A stretch of 63,485 nt of DNA, filler included, from Octopus bimaculoides (taxonomy: Eukaryota): assembly GCF_001194135.2 (NCBI RefSeq). It is 5 parts of 5 records of this genome, joined end to end, with 100 filler letters (N's around TTAATTAATTAA, not from the genome) between each part and the next. Parts side by side here need not be neighbours in the genome. Positions count along the whole stretch, not along the records: positions 1 to 30,060 come from NC_068981.1; 4 more parts are not named here. The stretch is one strand, 5' to 3'. Under the pieces are notes generated by a model, which saw nothing but the letters and a program-made list of their open reading frames with translations, was not told where the DNA came from and did no database searches. Of the stretch, positions 12,756 through 25,500 are shown in pieces. Made by a program: the position numbers and the translations under genes. Positions within the stretch are counted from its first letter, which is position 1; each line of letters starts with the position of its first letter.

Positions 12756-13166
12756 ATTGACAAATTGGATAAGAGGAATCAGTTGTTGGAAATTACTAGA
12801 ATTCTAACAGAAGGAACCGTTGATAATAAAAAAGCTGATTTCATTCGAAAGAATATGAAAGTTAATGAAAAGATACAGAAAGAAATCTTCCAGAAACATG
12901 GCCTGAAACTGAAGAAATCAAATATTCCTGACCACTATCAAACTCAAACTAAAACTCAGACCCCTCTTGATAGGGATTTAGTGAGCGAGTTTTCAGTAAA
13001 AAGTTCTGTAGACATAGAAGATAAAGTTGAAGTTGAATCATGGCAGGACTATCATAAGAGAATGCAAAATATTAGGTCGAAAGTGAAAGACAAAAAAGGC
13101 TGGCCTAATTTCAGCAATGTTTTTATGATCTCAGCACTAAATAATGATGGAGTTTCAGACCTAAAG
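12756..13166 (+). CDS. ERAL1: ERAL1 internal exon (411 nt, 137 codons)
   Basis: TTTCAG|ATTGAC ... CTAAAG|GTAAG. Reads IDKLDKRNQLLEITRILTEG...GWPNFSNVFMISALNNDGVSDLK. It completes the G4 motif NK|ID across the splice junction and carries the G5-like FMISAL. Confidence 0.92.
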
Positions 13167-16120
13167 GTAAGACTTTTCTTCAGTTAGTTGGATCTCTCTC
13201 TCTCTCTCTCTCTCCCTCTCTCTCTCTCTCGCAGAGGTGGCAGTGACTGGGGGGATGTTTTCTGTTGTGTCAGCATTGACATGTTGTCTGCTATTGCTTG
13301 TTCATTGTATCTCCGAGGAAAACCCACACAGATTCCTATACATCAGCACACACACACTGTACTCTGCTTGCTATGATTATTCAACATATGTTATAGTACA
13401 TTATATACTTTATAAAAAAAAGTACCTTATGTACTTTATAAAAAAGTGCTCAGTAGTTAGAGCATCGGGTTCACAATCATGAGGTTATGAGTTTGATTCC
13501 CAGACCAGGATTTGTGTTATGTTCTTGAGCAAGACACTTTATTTCACGTTGCTCCAGTTCACTCAGTTGTAGAAATGAGTTGCAACATGACTAGTGCCAA
13601 GCTGTATCAGCCTTTGCCTTTCCCTTGGAAAACATCAGTGGCAAGGAGAGGGGAGGCTGGTATGCATGGGTGACTGCTGATCTTTCATAAACAACCTTGC
13701 CCAGACTTGTGCTTCAGAGGGGAACTTTCTAGGTGTAATTCCATAGTCATTCATGACCGATGGGGTCGTTATATACTTTATATTAATTATAATGTATCAA
13801 CACACAGCACCTTGTATACTATATATCAAGCAATTATGTGCAGTTTATATATCATATCAACATATCGCACCTGATGTACTATATGTCAACATCTGGTACC
13901 TTATCTTATGTGCTATGTTGTATCAACACACAACCTACATATCATCATCATCATCATCATTTTAATGTCCATTTTTCCATGCTTGTATGAGTTATATGGA
14001 GTTTCTTGTGGCTCTTCCTGTTGTTAATCTTCACCTGTTTCCAAACCAGGTAATATTTCCCCATGGCCAGACAGGTTCTCACAAAATATTGGAAATGAAT
14101 GTCACTGCTTGTATGACAGTGACACTCATTTACATCTATCACGCTGTATCAAGACAACATGACACAAACAAAATATGAACACACACACACACACACATGA
14201 TGAGATTCTTTCAGTTTCTGTCTACCAAATCCACTTACAGAGCTTTGGTTGGGTTGCAGCTATAGTAGAAGAGACTTGACCGAGGTACCACACAATGGGA
14301 CTGAACCTGCTGGAAGCATGTGGTTGAGAAACAAACTTCTTACCAACCATGCAGCTACACCTCTACCTATACTGTATAATATATCAATACACAAAATTTT
14401 ATGTACAGTATGTCATATCAGTTCTCAGTACCTTACTATATGTCATATCAACATGCAATATCTTCCATACGTTGTGATATATCAACATATATTACCTGAC
14501 ATATAATATTTTATACCAGCACACAATATCTTACATATTATGTAACATGTTATATACTGTATGATATGTCAACACAGGTATCGTATTTACATAGTGTCAT
14601 ATACTAATATACTATGCCATATCAATCCACAATAACTGATATGCTATGTATCTGCACACAACATCTTACACATTATGTGACAAAACAACGAAGTATGTGT
14701 CCGTCTGTCTGTGTATCTGTTTACACATGCAGTTAACTTTATCATTGTGTATAAGATATATTGCATGTTTGGGTATATGAGAATATATAGACAAATAACT
14801 ATGATCTGTTTGTGTGTCAGCAGATAACTTTATACTCTGTATCTCTTTCTCTCTCTCTCCAAATAACTTTATATTGATCACGATCACATAATTAGTAAAT
14901 AAAAACACTGATATTGAAGTTTATTCCAATGTACATTTTAGCACATTTTTGTTTCCCAAACGTTCCATTTCTTACAGATTTAACTTTCTTACCTTGAATT
15001 TATCACACTTGCAGTGACAGAGAAACTGGGTGGGTGGGTAGCATTCACTCCTTCTCTCTCTCTTCTCTCCTCTCTCTTGAGGCCTCCACTCAAACATTTC
15101 ACATTACTGGTTGTTTCTAAAACCTAGTTTGGACTCGATAATGAATTCTTCATATATCTTTGGTTTCTCTTATCTCAATATCAAAGACACTTCTCCTAAT
15201 TTAAAATTAATTTCTGCTGCTACCTATCTTGGCTGTCGTCCATGATTATTTGATAAAATCTTGTCCCAAAGGAGTGGCTCTGCAGCAAGATGCCAGCTGA
15301 GATTCCAAAGTGTTCGTCTTCCGTATCCAATTGTCACACTTCGTGTCATCCTCTACCTAATTTATGAAACCACGGCTTAATACGGGAAGAAGCTATAGAG
15401 TTGTATGTGTATATATATATGCACGTACCTCTATGTCCATGTTCATATGTATGCACTTATGAGCCATGCATACAGTCTCCATTGCTAATTCACACTTTCT
15501 TACATTTTTCAATCACTTACACACACACACAGAGCAGTCACATGCAAACACATACTCATACATGCATGCCTGTATATATATATATATATATATANNNNNN
15601 NNNNNNNNNNNNNNNNNNNNNNNNNNNNNNNNNNNNNNNNNNNNNNNNNNNNNNNNNNNNNNNNNNNNNNNNNNNNNNNNNNNNNNNNNNNNNNCATACA
15701 CTCACCCACATACACAAAAGCAAACATTCATTTGATCAAGTTGAAAAAGGTCTTTTTTCTCTCTTAGATGAAGAAACACTCCTCAGAGGTCAAATTTCTT
15801 TTCTCTACACAAAATAGGAACTTATCCAAACTCATGAACAACATTTGTCCATTGGTTTTAATTCCCCTTGCATTATTATTATCATTATTATTATTATTAT
15901 TATTAGCATCATTAGGATGGCAAGCTGGCAAAATCGTTAGCATGCCGAGCAAAATACTTAGCAGCATATCGTCCATCTTTATGTTCTGAATTCAAATTCA
16001 ACTTTCAGGATCGATAAATTAAGTACCAATGAAACACTGGAGTTGATGTAATCAACTAGTCCCCTCCTCAAAAATTTCAGGCCTTGTGCTTATAATAGAA
16101 AGGATTATTACTACTACTAT

Positions 16121-16152
<32 letters not shown>

Positions 16153-16768
16153 GAACATGATATGTAATAAAGCTCAACCTGATTTTGTTTATTAAACTGA
16201 ACATGATTCAACAGTCACCCTCAAGATCAAAATGAGACAAAAATGATAAAAATTAGAAATACACTGAAATGCAGAAATTCAAAAATTCAACCAGACTATC
16301 CTGTGTTTCTTAATAAGAAAAAGATATCAAGTTATGAAAAAACTTGATTAAGAAAACGAAAGAAGGAAAATTACAGAAAAGAATTACAAAAAAAAAAAAA
16401 CTTGAGAAAATAGTTTGGAAATGGAGGAAAATAATGTTATAAATAACATTGAATCCAGAGAAAAGAATGCCTGTATTTTATGATCTTCCAAAATACACAA
16501 AAAGTTTGAAAATTTCCTTCATTGCACATGGAAATAGACTGGCTGTATGGCTATAAATTATTTTCCTGTTTGCTAACAGAGGACATGGATGTCAGTCCAT
16601 AAGGTACAATCCATATGATAGGGTGTGATTTGGTTGCTATTTTTAGCAATTCAAACAACTGCATAGGGACTTCTCCATTGTCTCATATATTAATTAGTAT
16701 ACCAAACCGGTGTCTGAAGTATGGCATAACCACAGGTTCATAAATAACATAATGATGTCAGGTTTTAA

Positions 16769-16876
16769 CCTTTAGCACACTGCATTTTCTCTAGAATTGT
16801 TTTCCCTGGCACTTCCCTGATACTACAGGGAAGAAAGCTCATATGGTGACATGATGCACCTACAGTGTGCTAAAGG
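16769..16876. mobile_element. Short piggyBac-like MITE, family B
   Basis: TTAA|CCTTTAGCACACTG ... CAGTGTGCTAAAGG|TTAA. Confidence 0.65.
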
Positions 16877-16900
16877 TTAATTTAAACAAGAACTCTTTAA

Positions 16901-17098
16901 CCCTAGTGGCCATATTCGGCCCATATATTCTACCTGTTTTGTGTTCAAAGCAGTTAGATTTGGCCTCTCACTATGTCTTTCTAAAAATAAACATTCACAT
17001 CATCACAATTTTGAAGCTATGGGATAATACATGATTAATTCAAAACAATACGAATGATTAAGCTTTACATTTGACAGAGTGACCTGAATGCTAAAGGG
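16901..17098. mobile_element. piggyBac-like MITE, family A
   Basis: TTAA|CCCTAG ... AATGCTAAAGGG|TTAA. Interior homologous to 314-504. Confidence 0.65.
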
Positions 17099-17227
17099 TT
17101 AAAGCAGGTGTTTTTGTATCAAAGAACCAGAGGCTCTCTCCAATAACGATTTAAAAACTCTTCAGTTTTCAGAGAACTAGTGTCTACTTTTATTTATTCA
17201 TTTTTTTTCCTTTTATTTCATGTCTAG

Positions 17228-17377
17228 AATTATCTTCTCTCCAAAGCTCAACCTGGAGACTGGGAGTTCCACAGTAGTTTCGTCACAAACCAAGACCCTG
17301 TTTTCTTGGCTAAGAACTTAGTCTGGGAGAAGCTTCTGGATTATTTGCCAGAGGAGGTACCATACAATGTCAAAATT
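17228..17377 (+). CDS. ERAL1: ERAL1 internal exon (150 nt), start of KH domain
   Basis: TCTAG|AAT ... ATT|GTGAGT. Reads NYLLSKAQPGDWEFHSSFVTNQDPVFLAKNLVWEKLLDYLPEEVPYNVKI, with the Era-typical 'EKLL..LPEEVPY'. Not in the ORF track. Confidence 0.92.
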
Positions 17378-17729
17378 GTGAGTGGCTTTCATACAATTTA
17401 TTATTCATTCATTTTCTTTTACAGAATTTACTTGACATTTATCAGAATTTACTTGACATTTCAAACTTTGTAAATGTTGATGTTTACACCAGCTCAGCCC
17501 TGATAGAGCAGACCTATAACCAAAGACATTCCAGCAATGACTACTCCTTCTTATTTTTATCCCAATAATTATATATGTAAAACAGTATCCAATGTGCCCC
17601 TACCTTCTTCTTAGTATGGTGTGTGGTGTAATATGTGTGAGAGTTAGCTATTACCTCTAGCAGGTTGAACAACAATGTAGAGACTTTTTTGTTGGCTGTT
17701 TTTAATATGTATGTTTTATGTGTGTGTGG

Positions 17730-17779
<50 letters not shown>

Positions 17780-18163
17780 CTGTATCTNNNNNNNNNNNNN
17801 NNNNNNNNNNNNNNNNNNNNNNNNNNNNNNNNNNNNNNNNNNNNNNNNNNNNNNNNNNNNNNNNNNNNNNNNNNNNNNNNNNNNNNNNNNNNNNNNNNNN
17901 NNNNNNNNNNNNNNNNNNNNNNNNNNNNNNNNNNNNNNNNNNNNNNNNNNNNNNNNNNNNNNNNNNNNNNNNNNNNNNNNNNNNNNNNNNNNNNNNNNNN
18001 NNNNNNNNNNNNNNNNNNNNNNNNNNNNNNNNNNNNNNNNNNNNNNNNNNNNNNNNNNNNNNNNNNNNNNNNNNNNNNNNNNNNNNNNNNNNNNNNNNNN
18101 NNNNNNNNNNNNNNNNNNNNNNNNNNNNNNNNNNNNNNNNNNNNNNNNNNNNNNNNNNNNNNN

Positions 18164-18207
<44 letters not shown>

Positions 18208-18750
18208 CCATACACAGTATCTTACATGCTATATGACATGTTAGTATCATATATACTCTATGATATTTCAGCAAAGGTAATCTTATTTACACTATGTCAT
18301 ATACTAATATACTATGCCATATCAATCCACAATAGCTGATATGCTATATATCTGCACACAATACCTTGCACATTATATGACATAACAAAGTATGTGAAAT
18401 ATATGTATATAGTAATGATAATAATTATTGCTATTAACAATGACAAAAAATAGGGTTTTGGGATTTGTTTGTTACACACAATCTTAGCACTAACATCATG
18501 ATTTTAACACCTTTTAATTGTTGTTAGGCCTTGTGACGTAAACATTTTTAATACCAGAATATAAAGAAGGCATTACAAATAAGAGATCTCAGCCAGTATA
18601 AATATAGACATTCATACATATATTATGTGTGTGTGCATGCAAGTGTATAATTTGCTCAGTATCCTTGTCATATATGCTAACCCCATTAAGCTGTTTTTAT
18701 ATTGATGTATTGTGAACCCTAAAGTAAAACACCTTATCCTTTCTCTTTAG

Positions 18751-18831
18751 ATGATTGAGATGTGGGAGCTGGATGATAAAGAGACACTCAAAATCTTTTT
18801 CAATATTATTTGTATCAAGAAAAAGCATGTA
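18751..18831 (+). CDS. ERAL1: ERAL1 internal exon (81 nt)
   Basis: TTCTCTTTAG|ATG ... GTA|GTAAGT. Reads MIEMWELDDKETLKIFFNIICIKKKHV. Phase 0/0, consistent with the flanking exons. Confidence 0.88.
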
Positions 18832-19048
18832 GTAAGTGATTTCCTTTGTTTCCAATATGAAGATTGGTGACAGATGTAATTTACATCTGAAAGTTTCTCA
18901 ATCATTGCACTAAACTTTCATATTTAAAATATTTCTACCTTCTCTTTTTTTCTACATTCATGAATAGTTATTTGGTTTTAAAAATTTAAATATTGCTTCA
19001 ATTTAAACATTGATGATGTTATGGTTGTTCTGAAAAACTGATCAGTGA

Positions 19049-19106
<58 letters not shown>

Positions 19107-21065
19107 GTCGCCTTTGCATAGCTTCTAATGCTGGAGATGTACTACAGTGTCAGCTGTTCACTACCAGTGAACTATGGTAACACCTCTTATTTTTAGAGCA
19201 CCTTCCGGAGTATTCAAGCGGTCCCATGCAGTGCTGTTTTCTGCAAGTGCTCCATCCTTATTGCAGCCCCTATTTGTTCCACATACTTCTCGAGATTTTT
19301 GTTCACTGTTCCCAGGGCTCCGACAATTATTGGTACTACTGCTACCTTTTTTCATCGACCACAACCGCTTAACTTCCCAAGCTAACCTGTCATATCTCTC
19401 GACTTTTCTTTCTTCCTTATCGTGTACCTTGTTGTCGGCTGGGCATGCTATGTCTATGATCCAGCATAGTTTGTTTTCATTCTCAGTTAAGACTTTGTCT
19501 GGCTTCCTATTCTCAATCTTATGGTCGCACTGAATCATAAAATCCCATAGGATCTTTGCATTTCCATTTTCGACGATGCCTTCAGGTTTGTGGTTATACC
19601 AATTCTTTGCTCTGGCAAGTTCATAGTTGTTGCAAAGTGTCCAATGGACAAGCCTGACTATATTGTCGTGACGTCTCTTATATTCGTTCTGGGCTAGTGG
19701 CGTACATTGGCTGGTAATATGCCATACGGTTTCACCGTTTTGTCCACAGATTCTGCACTTATCACTTTCTGATGTGTTGTCTATTCTGTATTTTATGTAG
19801 TTAGTTCTTAGTGCTTGCTCTTGGGCAGCACAGATTAGGGCCTCCGTTTCTGGTTTTAAATCACTTTTAGTCATCCACAGCCATCTTTTTTCTCTGTCTG
19901 TCTTATCTTGAACATCCCTATGAAATTGACCATGCATTCTTTTCGTTACCCGCCTATTTTCAGTTTCATTCGTTTTCAATTTCTTGTATAGTACTTTATC
20001 TTTGCAATCTTTCATCCTACACAAGCCTGACCTTCCTACTTCTAATAATAGCAGTTCTGTGGCATTTTTTATATACCATGCTATGTTGTCTTCTTCTGCT
20101 CTAATGTTATGTTCGCATCCAATAAGTCCTCTTCCCCCTCTTTTTCTTGGTACATACAGTCTGTCTGTGTCACTTTTTGGGTAGAGTGACCCGTATCTAG
20201 TTAGCAACTTTCTTGTCTTTCTGCCTAAGCTGTTTAGTTCGTCTACTGACCATGCGATTACCCCTGCTCCATATCTAAGGAGTGAAACTGCCCAGGTGTT
20301 GGCAGCTTCAATCTTATTCTGTCCGTTTAATTTCGACTTAAGGATCAGTCTCAGTTTGCGTAAGTACTCCACCTTAAATTTTTCTGTCATTTCTTTCTCC
20401 ATTAATTTATCCATTTCCAAAATCCCCAAGTACTTATAGCCCGTCTCTTTTACCTGCTTCATAACTTCCCCCAATGGTATTGTTAGTCCATCCATACATT
20501 TGATTTTGCCTCTTTTCAATACTAACACACCACACTTTCTCAGTCCGAACTCCATTCTGATATCAGCACTGAAGGTATACACCGGATCAGCGAGGAACTG
20601 ACTTGGGCTTCATCTTTACCGTAAAGTTTGAGGTCATCTATGAATAGCAAATGGTTGACTTTTTGTTTGACGGCTTTTGAATACATACCCAGCTTTTGCT
20701 ATCCTCAGAATCAGTGTCAGTGGTATCAAGCACAGTACAAAGATCAGTGGGGACAGGCAATCCCCTTCCTCTCTCAGGTCTTGTTGGTTTCAAATTGTCC
20801 ATGATGCTTCTGTTACTTCGCTCTTTTTTTTAGATAGGGGTGTCGGCCCTATGCAAACCCATTTTTACTTCTGGGAAGAGGTGGTCCATACTAGTCTGGC
20901 CTCTATCTTTGACCTGTCCAGCCTCAGAGGCCATACGAGGAGCTTGCACTCCACTAACATAACTTACATGCGAGCCACCACACTGCAAGAAGAACTGGCC
21001 CAACGGTTCTCAACCATTTCTTTGCCTGTGGACCCCTTTGATTCCGATTTTACTCTATTGGACCC
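19107..21065 (-). mobile_element. R4/Dong-clade non-LTR retrotransposon with restriction-like endonuclease; internally deleted and inactive
   Basis: ORF 19161-20582 has YKYLG, GGRGL, the zinc knuckle CRIC-x7-H-x4-C, RHD and the RLE motif KPD..IIDIACPAD. Upstream frames give GDCLSPLIFVLCLIPL and KVNHLLFIDDLKLYGKD (RT core). A frameshifted C-terminus reads LQKTALHGTA*ILRKVL*. The 3' end abuts (TAA)n at 19050-19106. Confidence 0.9.
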
Positions 21066-21588
21066 TCATAACCATTCAATGCTTAAAAAAATCCTAGTAT
21101 ATTTTTATAATTGAATAAAAAGAATTGTTAAAATATTTTGTGCATTGTAACAGTATAACCAATTTATTACAGATAAATTTTAACAAAAACATCTTATGCA
21201 AACCCCCAGGGACCATATAGACCCCCAAGGGACATATGGACACCAGTTCAAAACCACAGGACTAGGACTTGTAGTAATAAATAGAGTTTGGATCTGTATA
21301 GTTCTTCTTTCTTCACCCTCTTGTTGGACATGTTTCATAAGTTTGAAACCATCCCAGTTTTAGCATTTAAACTGGTCATATCCAGCCAAAATATTCTCCC
21401 CATTTTATGTTCAAACTAGCCAGGTACTGCCTTTCACACCCAGCCTACAATGTCAGTGTAAAATAAACAATCATATCAGTGAAATCTTAAATCTGTGAGA
21501 AAATGTATGCTTAATTTTTTTTTAAATGTGATTAAAAAAGCGTTACATTTGACAGTTAATCTGAATACTAAAGGATTAAACATAATTT

Positions 21589-21870
21589 CAGTGTGGAAGG
21601 TGTTTATAAGCCATTTAAAATAACACACAAGAACCGTTAGATTCACTTCAACATTTAAATTTATTCTGTCTCAGATGCAGCACAGAATTTTGTCAGTGAA
21701 CAGGTCGTGGTCTCAAAGTGACGAAAATATTTTGACAAATCTAAATGTTGAAGTGAATCTAATGGTTTTTGTGTTATTTTAAATGGCTTATAAACACCTT
21801 CCACGCTGCAATTGTTTTCGTTCCAGCACACGATCTCAGATTAGGTCACTTGCTATGCAAGTACATCTCC
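21589..21870. repeat. Interspersed repeat with internal ~72-bp inverted arms
   Basis: 21589-21662 versus 21737-21808 are reverse complements. A partial second copy lies at 27425-27592. Confidence 0.7.
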
Positions 21871-21953
21871 ATAAACATTTTTCGTTCCTCACAGCTCTTG
21901 GTTCAGCCACAGGTCAGACCCTATCAAACAGACTTATAACCAAAGGCATTATA

Positions 21954-22134
21954 CGAGGGGGTGCTGAAAAGTTCCTGGCTTTAGGTAAAATACAGGAGTA
22001 TCAGTTAATTATGATTTTATTCAACATATTTCCCTCTCAGATTCACACACTTATTGCAGCGGACTCGGAATGTTGAGCCTCCAACCAGGCCTTTCGTGAT
22101 ACCCGTAAAGCCAGGAACTCTTCTGCACCCCTCA
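21954..22134. mobile_element. Mariner-derived MITE (181 bp)
   Basis: TIRs CGAGGGGGTGCTGAAAAGTTCCTGGCTTTA and TAAAGCCAGGAACTCTTCTGCACCCCTCA, with TA on both sides. Lies in the last ERAL1 intron. Confidence 0.8.
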
Positions 22135-22412
22135 TAGTTATGACAACCCAGTCTTTTGTTGGTGGAGAGAGGGGATATCATCTCATGTGGTGTATATATG
22201 TGGTCATTAAGTGAGCTGAGAGAGATATGACAGCTATTTCTAGCACATTAATAATCATGTAGGGACCCCATGATGGTAATTTCAATTATTCTCACACTCT
22301 CACTCATTATAAGCTATACAAACATTTCATTATCTATTCTATCTGATGATATTCAAAAACGATCAATCCATTGACCCATGGATATTTAATATTCTTTTCT
22401 TTTATCTAACAG

Positions 22413-22541
22413 CACATGATTGTTGGAAAAAATGGACACAGGATCAAAGCTTTGATAGCAGAAGCCCAGCAATCTTTGATGGATGCATTCCGGATCAACA
22501 TTTTGCTTAAAATTAATGTAAAGCTTGCCACCAAAAAGTAA
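22413..22541 (+). CDS. ERAL1: ERAL1 terminal exon
   Basis: TTTTATCTAACAG|CAC. Reads HMIVGKNGHRIKALIAEAQQSLMDAFRINILLKINVKLATKK* with the KH-domain 'IVGKNG..IK' motif. TAA stop at 22539-22541. Confidence 0.92.
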   Translation, partial: HMIVGKNGHRIKALIAEAQQSLMDAFRINILLKINVKLATKK

Positions 22542-22542
22542 T

Positions 22543-22548
22543 AATAAA
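22543..22548 (+). terminator. Possible polyadenylation signal for ERAL1
   Basis: AATAAA immediately after the stop codon. The region is AT-rich, so this may be chance. Confidence 0.3.
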
Positions 22549-25500
22549 ATAATAATTTTATAGAAAGTATATTTTCTTTTTTTTTTTTGGAGGGGGGGTA
22601 TATATATTTTTTTTCCTTCTCTTACTGGCTTCAGTGAAGGTGGATGGCCTAGTGGTTAGGCTGTTGCACTCACAATCGCTAGATCATGGGTTCAATTCCC
22701 TGACTGGGTAGAATGTTGTTGTTCTTGAATAAAACGCTTCATTTCATATTGCTCCAGTTCCCACTTTCGATCAGGGGGAAATGTTGGCCTCCTTGTCTAG
22801 CCAGTGGGGAGGCATCCTTTGATGGCTAAAACAATGCAAATGTACATCGTGACCAGTGATGTGTAACAACATCTGATAGCCTGGTCACTCACAACATCAT
22901 CATCATCGTCGTTTAACGTCCACTTTCCATGCTAGCATGGGTTGGACGATTTGACTGAGGACTGGTGGACCAAGAGGCAACACCAGGTTCCAATCTGATT
23001 TGGCAGAGTTTCTACAGCTGCATGCCCTTCCTAACGCCAACCACTCCGAGAGTGTAGTGGGTGCTTTTACATGCCACCGGCACGAGGGCCAGTCTGGCGG
23101 TACTGGCAACGGCCACGCTCAAAATGGTGTATTTTACGTGCTACCGGCACAGGAGCCAGTCCATTGGCACTGGCAACGATCTCACTCGAATGTCATGTGA
23201 TTACTGGCTTCACTCATTGAACTACTATTACACTAAAGTACTGTTTTCAAGAGTTTTACATAATCATATCAATCCTGTTCCACCACAAAGTCAAGTCTTA
23301 GTTGCAGTGAGGGGGCTTGTGTGCCTCAATGGCCTGTGGAGTCATGCCAGTGGAGCACAGCTCCTGGCAAGGCACCCACACTGGACAGATCAAAAACTAG
23401 AGTCCAGACTAATATAAATATCCACTTACCAGAGGTAAAAATGGATTTGTACAGAGACAACACCCTACATAGAAAAATGCAGTGACAGAAGCATCAATTA
23501 CAACTGAAAACCAACAAGACCTGGAAGAGGAAGGCCTTAAAGACAGCCTTCAGTGGAAAACAGTCATTGAAGGCTTGTGCTCTGTATAAAGGAAAGAGAT
23601 TATAAAGAAGAAACCAACCTTGTTAGCTATTTCAGGCTGGTATTTATTTTTATCCATTTCTATATACCTCCATTGTAAGATTTTGGCATAAAGGGACATA
23701 AGTTGACACCAAAGTACATCTGTATACAGGTATATACAGCTTTGTACATGCACACATATACATGTATGCCTATGTGCGTGTGTGTGCATGTGTATGTATA
23801 TGTATATATACATATCATCATCATCGTTTAACATCTGCCTTCCATGCTGGCATGGGTGGGACAGTTTGACAGCTTGCACCAGACTCTTGTGACTGTTTTA
23901 GCAGGATTTTTACAGTTGGATGCCCTTCCTAACACTAACCATCCAGCAGAGTGGACTTAGTGCTTTTTATGTGGCACTAGCACAGGCAAGGTTAGTTTTG
24001 GCAAGGTTTTACTGCTGAATGCCCTTCCAAATGCCAATCACTTTATAGTGTGGACTGGATACTTTTTAAGTGGCACCTGCACTGACAGGGTCACCAAGTA
24101 ACTTGAAAGACAAAAATCTTTTGAGAGGCGAAGGGGCATTGGAGGAGGTGATCTTGTGTCAGATGATGAAAGGCTATAGTGAGACAGAAACAGGTGTCTT
24201 GCTATAGAGAAGGTACAAGGTTACCCAGCCGGAGAGAGAGAGAGAGAGAGAGATCTGGAATAAAGACAGAAATAGGTGTGCTGCTGCAACCTGGGGGAAG
24301 TGAAGGAGAGAGAGAGAGTGGGAGACAGCAGAATAGAGATGGTAGCAAAATGCCTGGCATACTCATAAGGGATCAGAATATAAATGGGATGGTTGAGTAA
24401 AGGAAGAGATATATAGATGGTGGCAAGTGCCAGGGTATACCCTTGAGGTTCAAAGGTCATAATATAAGTGGCAAGATATTACCAAAAAAGCCTGATTAAA
24501 GAGTGCAGAGGAAAGACGGGAAGTGAATATTGAAAACCTGGGTATATATAGAATGGGAGGGGGCTACTGGATAGCAATGATACAGAGAAACAAAGCTGAG
24601 GACAGGATTGGAGAGTGAGAGGTAGGCATAGTGCATGAAGAAGGAAATGTGAAGAAGACAAAAGATGTAGTGATATAGATTGGTTTGTTGGGGTAGGGTG
24701 AGTGAAAAGTTTTCTTGTTATGTCTAGGTGGAACACCTGGCTCACACTCATGAGATGGTGAATTCGATTCCCAGACTGAGCTGTGTGTTGTGTTCTTGAA
24801 TGAGACACTTTTATTTCACATTACTCCAGTTCACTCATATAAATACAGCTAAGAGCTTTATAGGTGTGAAACCAATGGTCACTCTCCGATCAACCATAAC
24901 AAACAACTTTCTAGTGTGTGCATATATGGGAAACTCCCTTCAGTCCTGATTGACCGTGGGATTGCACCTAGAAAGTTACCCTCTGAGGCACAAGTCCAGG
25001 AAAGGTTGTTTATGGAAGGCCAGCAGTCGCCCATGGATACCAGCCTTTCCTCTCCACACCACTGATGTTATGCAAAGGAAAGGCAAAGGCCCATACGGCT
25101 TGGCACCAGTGATGTCGCAACTCATTTCTACAGCTGAGTTAACTGGAGCAACGTGAAATAAAGTTTCTTGCTCAAGAATACAACACAGCCCACTCTAGGA
25201 ATCAAACCCACTACCTCATGATTGTGAGCCTGACACTAACTACTGAGCCATGTGCCTTCACATGTGCGTATATATATATATAGTTTTAATATGAACAGCA
25301 GTTTGCAATATTTCACCAAAATGGAGAATTACAAATGTGACTAAATGTTACTAGGGTGTTAGAAAACGCCTACATTGTTAGAAATAAGAGCTAAACTGCT
25401 AAAGTGATGAGGCAACAGAAATTGTCAAAACTGACTTGTCAGTATTAAGAATTCTCAATCAGCACTTTTCAGACCATTATGGTCCCTGTTAGTGTATAAG

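Noticed and set aside
17541-18339. Long ORFs made of X, IY, HT, CV or LS repeats (here and at 31.6-32.6, 35.6-36.2, 40.4-42.0, 43.2-45.8, 55.8-56.4, 59.8-60.7 kb)
   Set aside because: Artefacts of N-gaps and microsatellites lacking stop codons.
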